The notes under the pieces were generated by a model that had not been told where the DNA came from, made no database searches, and saw only the letters and a program-made list of their open reading frames with translations. A DNA stretch of 63,870 nucleotides, the filler included, from Octopus bimaculoides (taxonomy: Eukaryota), in assembly GCF_001194135.2 (NCBI RefSeq). It is 7 parts of 6 records of this genome, joined end to end, with 100 filler letters (N's around TTAATTAATTAA, not from the genome) between each part and the next. Parts side by side here need not be neighbours in the genome. Positions count along the whole stretch, not along the records: positions 62,636 to 63,870 come from NW_026348576.1; 6 more parts are not named here. One strand, 5' to 3'. Within the stretch, counting starts at the first letter, position 1. Every line of letters begins with the position of its first letter. Shown in pieces: positions 62,536 through 63,870 of this stretch. Both the position numbers and the translations under genes were made by a program.

Positions 62536-63300
62536 NNNNNNNNNNNNNNNNNNNNNNNNNNNNNNNNNNNNNNNNNNNNTTAATTAATTAANNNNNNNNN
62601 NNNNNNNNNNNNNNNNNNNNNNNNNNNNNNNNNNNATATACATATATATATGTACATACATATATATATATGTATATACGTATATGCACATTTTTATATA
62701 CGTATGTATGTATACATGTATATATATGTATATATGTATGTATATATTACATATACTTTCATACATACACATATATATTTACATACATACATACTTACAT
62801 ACATACATACATGCATACATACATACATACATACATACATACATACACACATAGGTACACACACGCACAGACACACGTATTTGGTTTGGGGATCGGGTAA
62901 TAGAATGAATTTCATTACTATTAATTTGCTCACCAAGAAGAAACGCATCGTCTTGTCTCTTCTCTCTTTTTCCCTGTCTTTCCTCTCTTGTTTTTCTCCT
63001 TCCTTCTTTATCCCACTCTTTCACTCCCCTCTCTTACTTTTTTTGTCTCTATTTCTATCTATTATGTACACGTATACATACATATACATAATACTCACAC
63101 ACGCACACGCACACACATTCACACACGTACATATATTTCTATGGGTGAGTGAATGTGCGTAAATATGTGTATATGTATGTATGACATACGTCACTATATA
63201 TGTAAGTGTATGTGCGTGAATTATTTTTGACAGGTTCAAGACCGGACCGGGACTGTGACCTCGAACAAGGCACACAAGTCTGCTGTGAATAAGTACTCAC

Positions 63301-63353
63301 CGATTGCTAGTGCAAGCCTGTTGCTGTCCAGCATTCACGTTGTAGATGTGCCA
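63301..63353 (-). CDS. Candidate 53-nt exon
   Basis: Minus-strand acceptor ttttatctctcccaccctgtaacacag and donor CG|GTGAGT. One fully open frame (WHIYNVNAGQQQACTSN) or an internal ATG (MLDSNRLALAI). Confidence 0.35.
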
Positions 63354-63838
63354 CTGTGTTACAGGGTGGGAGAGATAAAATTATCTCTATATCTGAGAGG
63401 GATTATATAGGCACTTCAAAGAATTTGCGAAAGCATGGTACGTGTTAATAAGCCATACTTGTTTTCTGATGGTTGCTTACATATATATATGTATTATATT
63501 ATATATTACATTATATTATGTAATATATATATATATATGTATTTATATATGTATATATATATATATATATATGTGTGTGTATCTGTGTATATATATGCAT
63601 ATACATATATATAGGTATTTACATTACATATATACGCACACACATTCATGCACATATACACACACACGAACACCCTCACACAAACACCATAGTGACAGAA
63701 AAACTAGATTAGCGGAACTTACAAAGATTTAAAGACAGAGAGATACATACAAATACACAGGCACACAGACAGACAGACATACTGACTGACTAACAGACAG
63801 AGAGACAGTTTGGCTGAGAGAGAGACAGACAGACACAC

Positions 63839-63870
<32 letters not shown>

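Overview
AT-rich, microsatellite-saturated animal DNA from a gappy draft assembly. The SINE families and repeat landscape suggest an octopus or other coleoid cephalopod (inference from recall, not a database hit). Six identical artificial spacers (44 N + TTAATTAATTAA + 44 N) split the window into seven pieces that may not be contiguous. No intact host gene is recognisable: nearly all long ORFs in the track are gap or simple-repeat artefacts, and only a few short candidate exons have good splice signals. The real content is transposable elements. These are several tRNA-headed SINE families (my labels A-D, plus an unclassified repeat F), an uninterrupted Tx1/L1-clade ORF2 C-terminus, two R4/Dong-type restriction-like endonuclease fragments at (TAA)n, Penelope-like (PLE) RT and GIY-YIG remnants with hammerhead ribozyme motifs, decayed RTE/CR1-type RT pieces and a mariner 5' remnant. 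Best lead: the Tx1-like LINE ends in the same ~33-45 nt 3' tail as one subfamily of SINE A, and copies with this tail repeatedly abut the tRNA-like heads of other SINEs. This points to a LINE-SINE partner pair that nests into SINE heads, with the SINE swapping among three different 3' tails.
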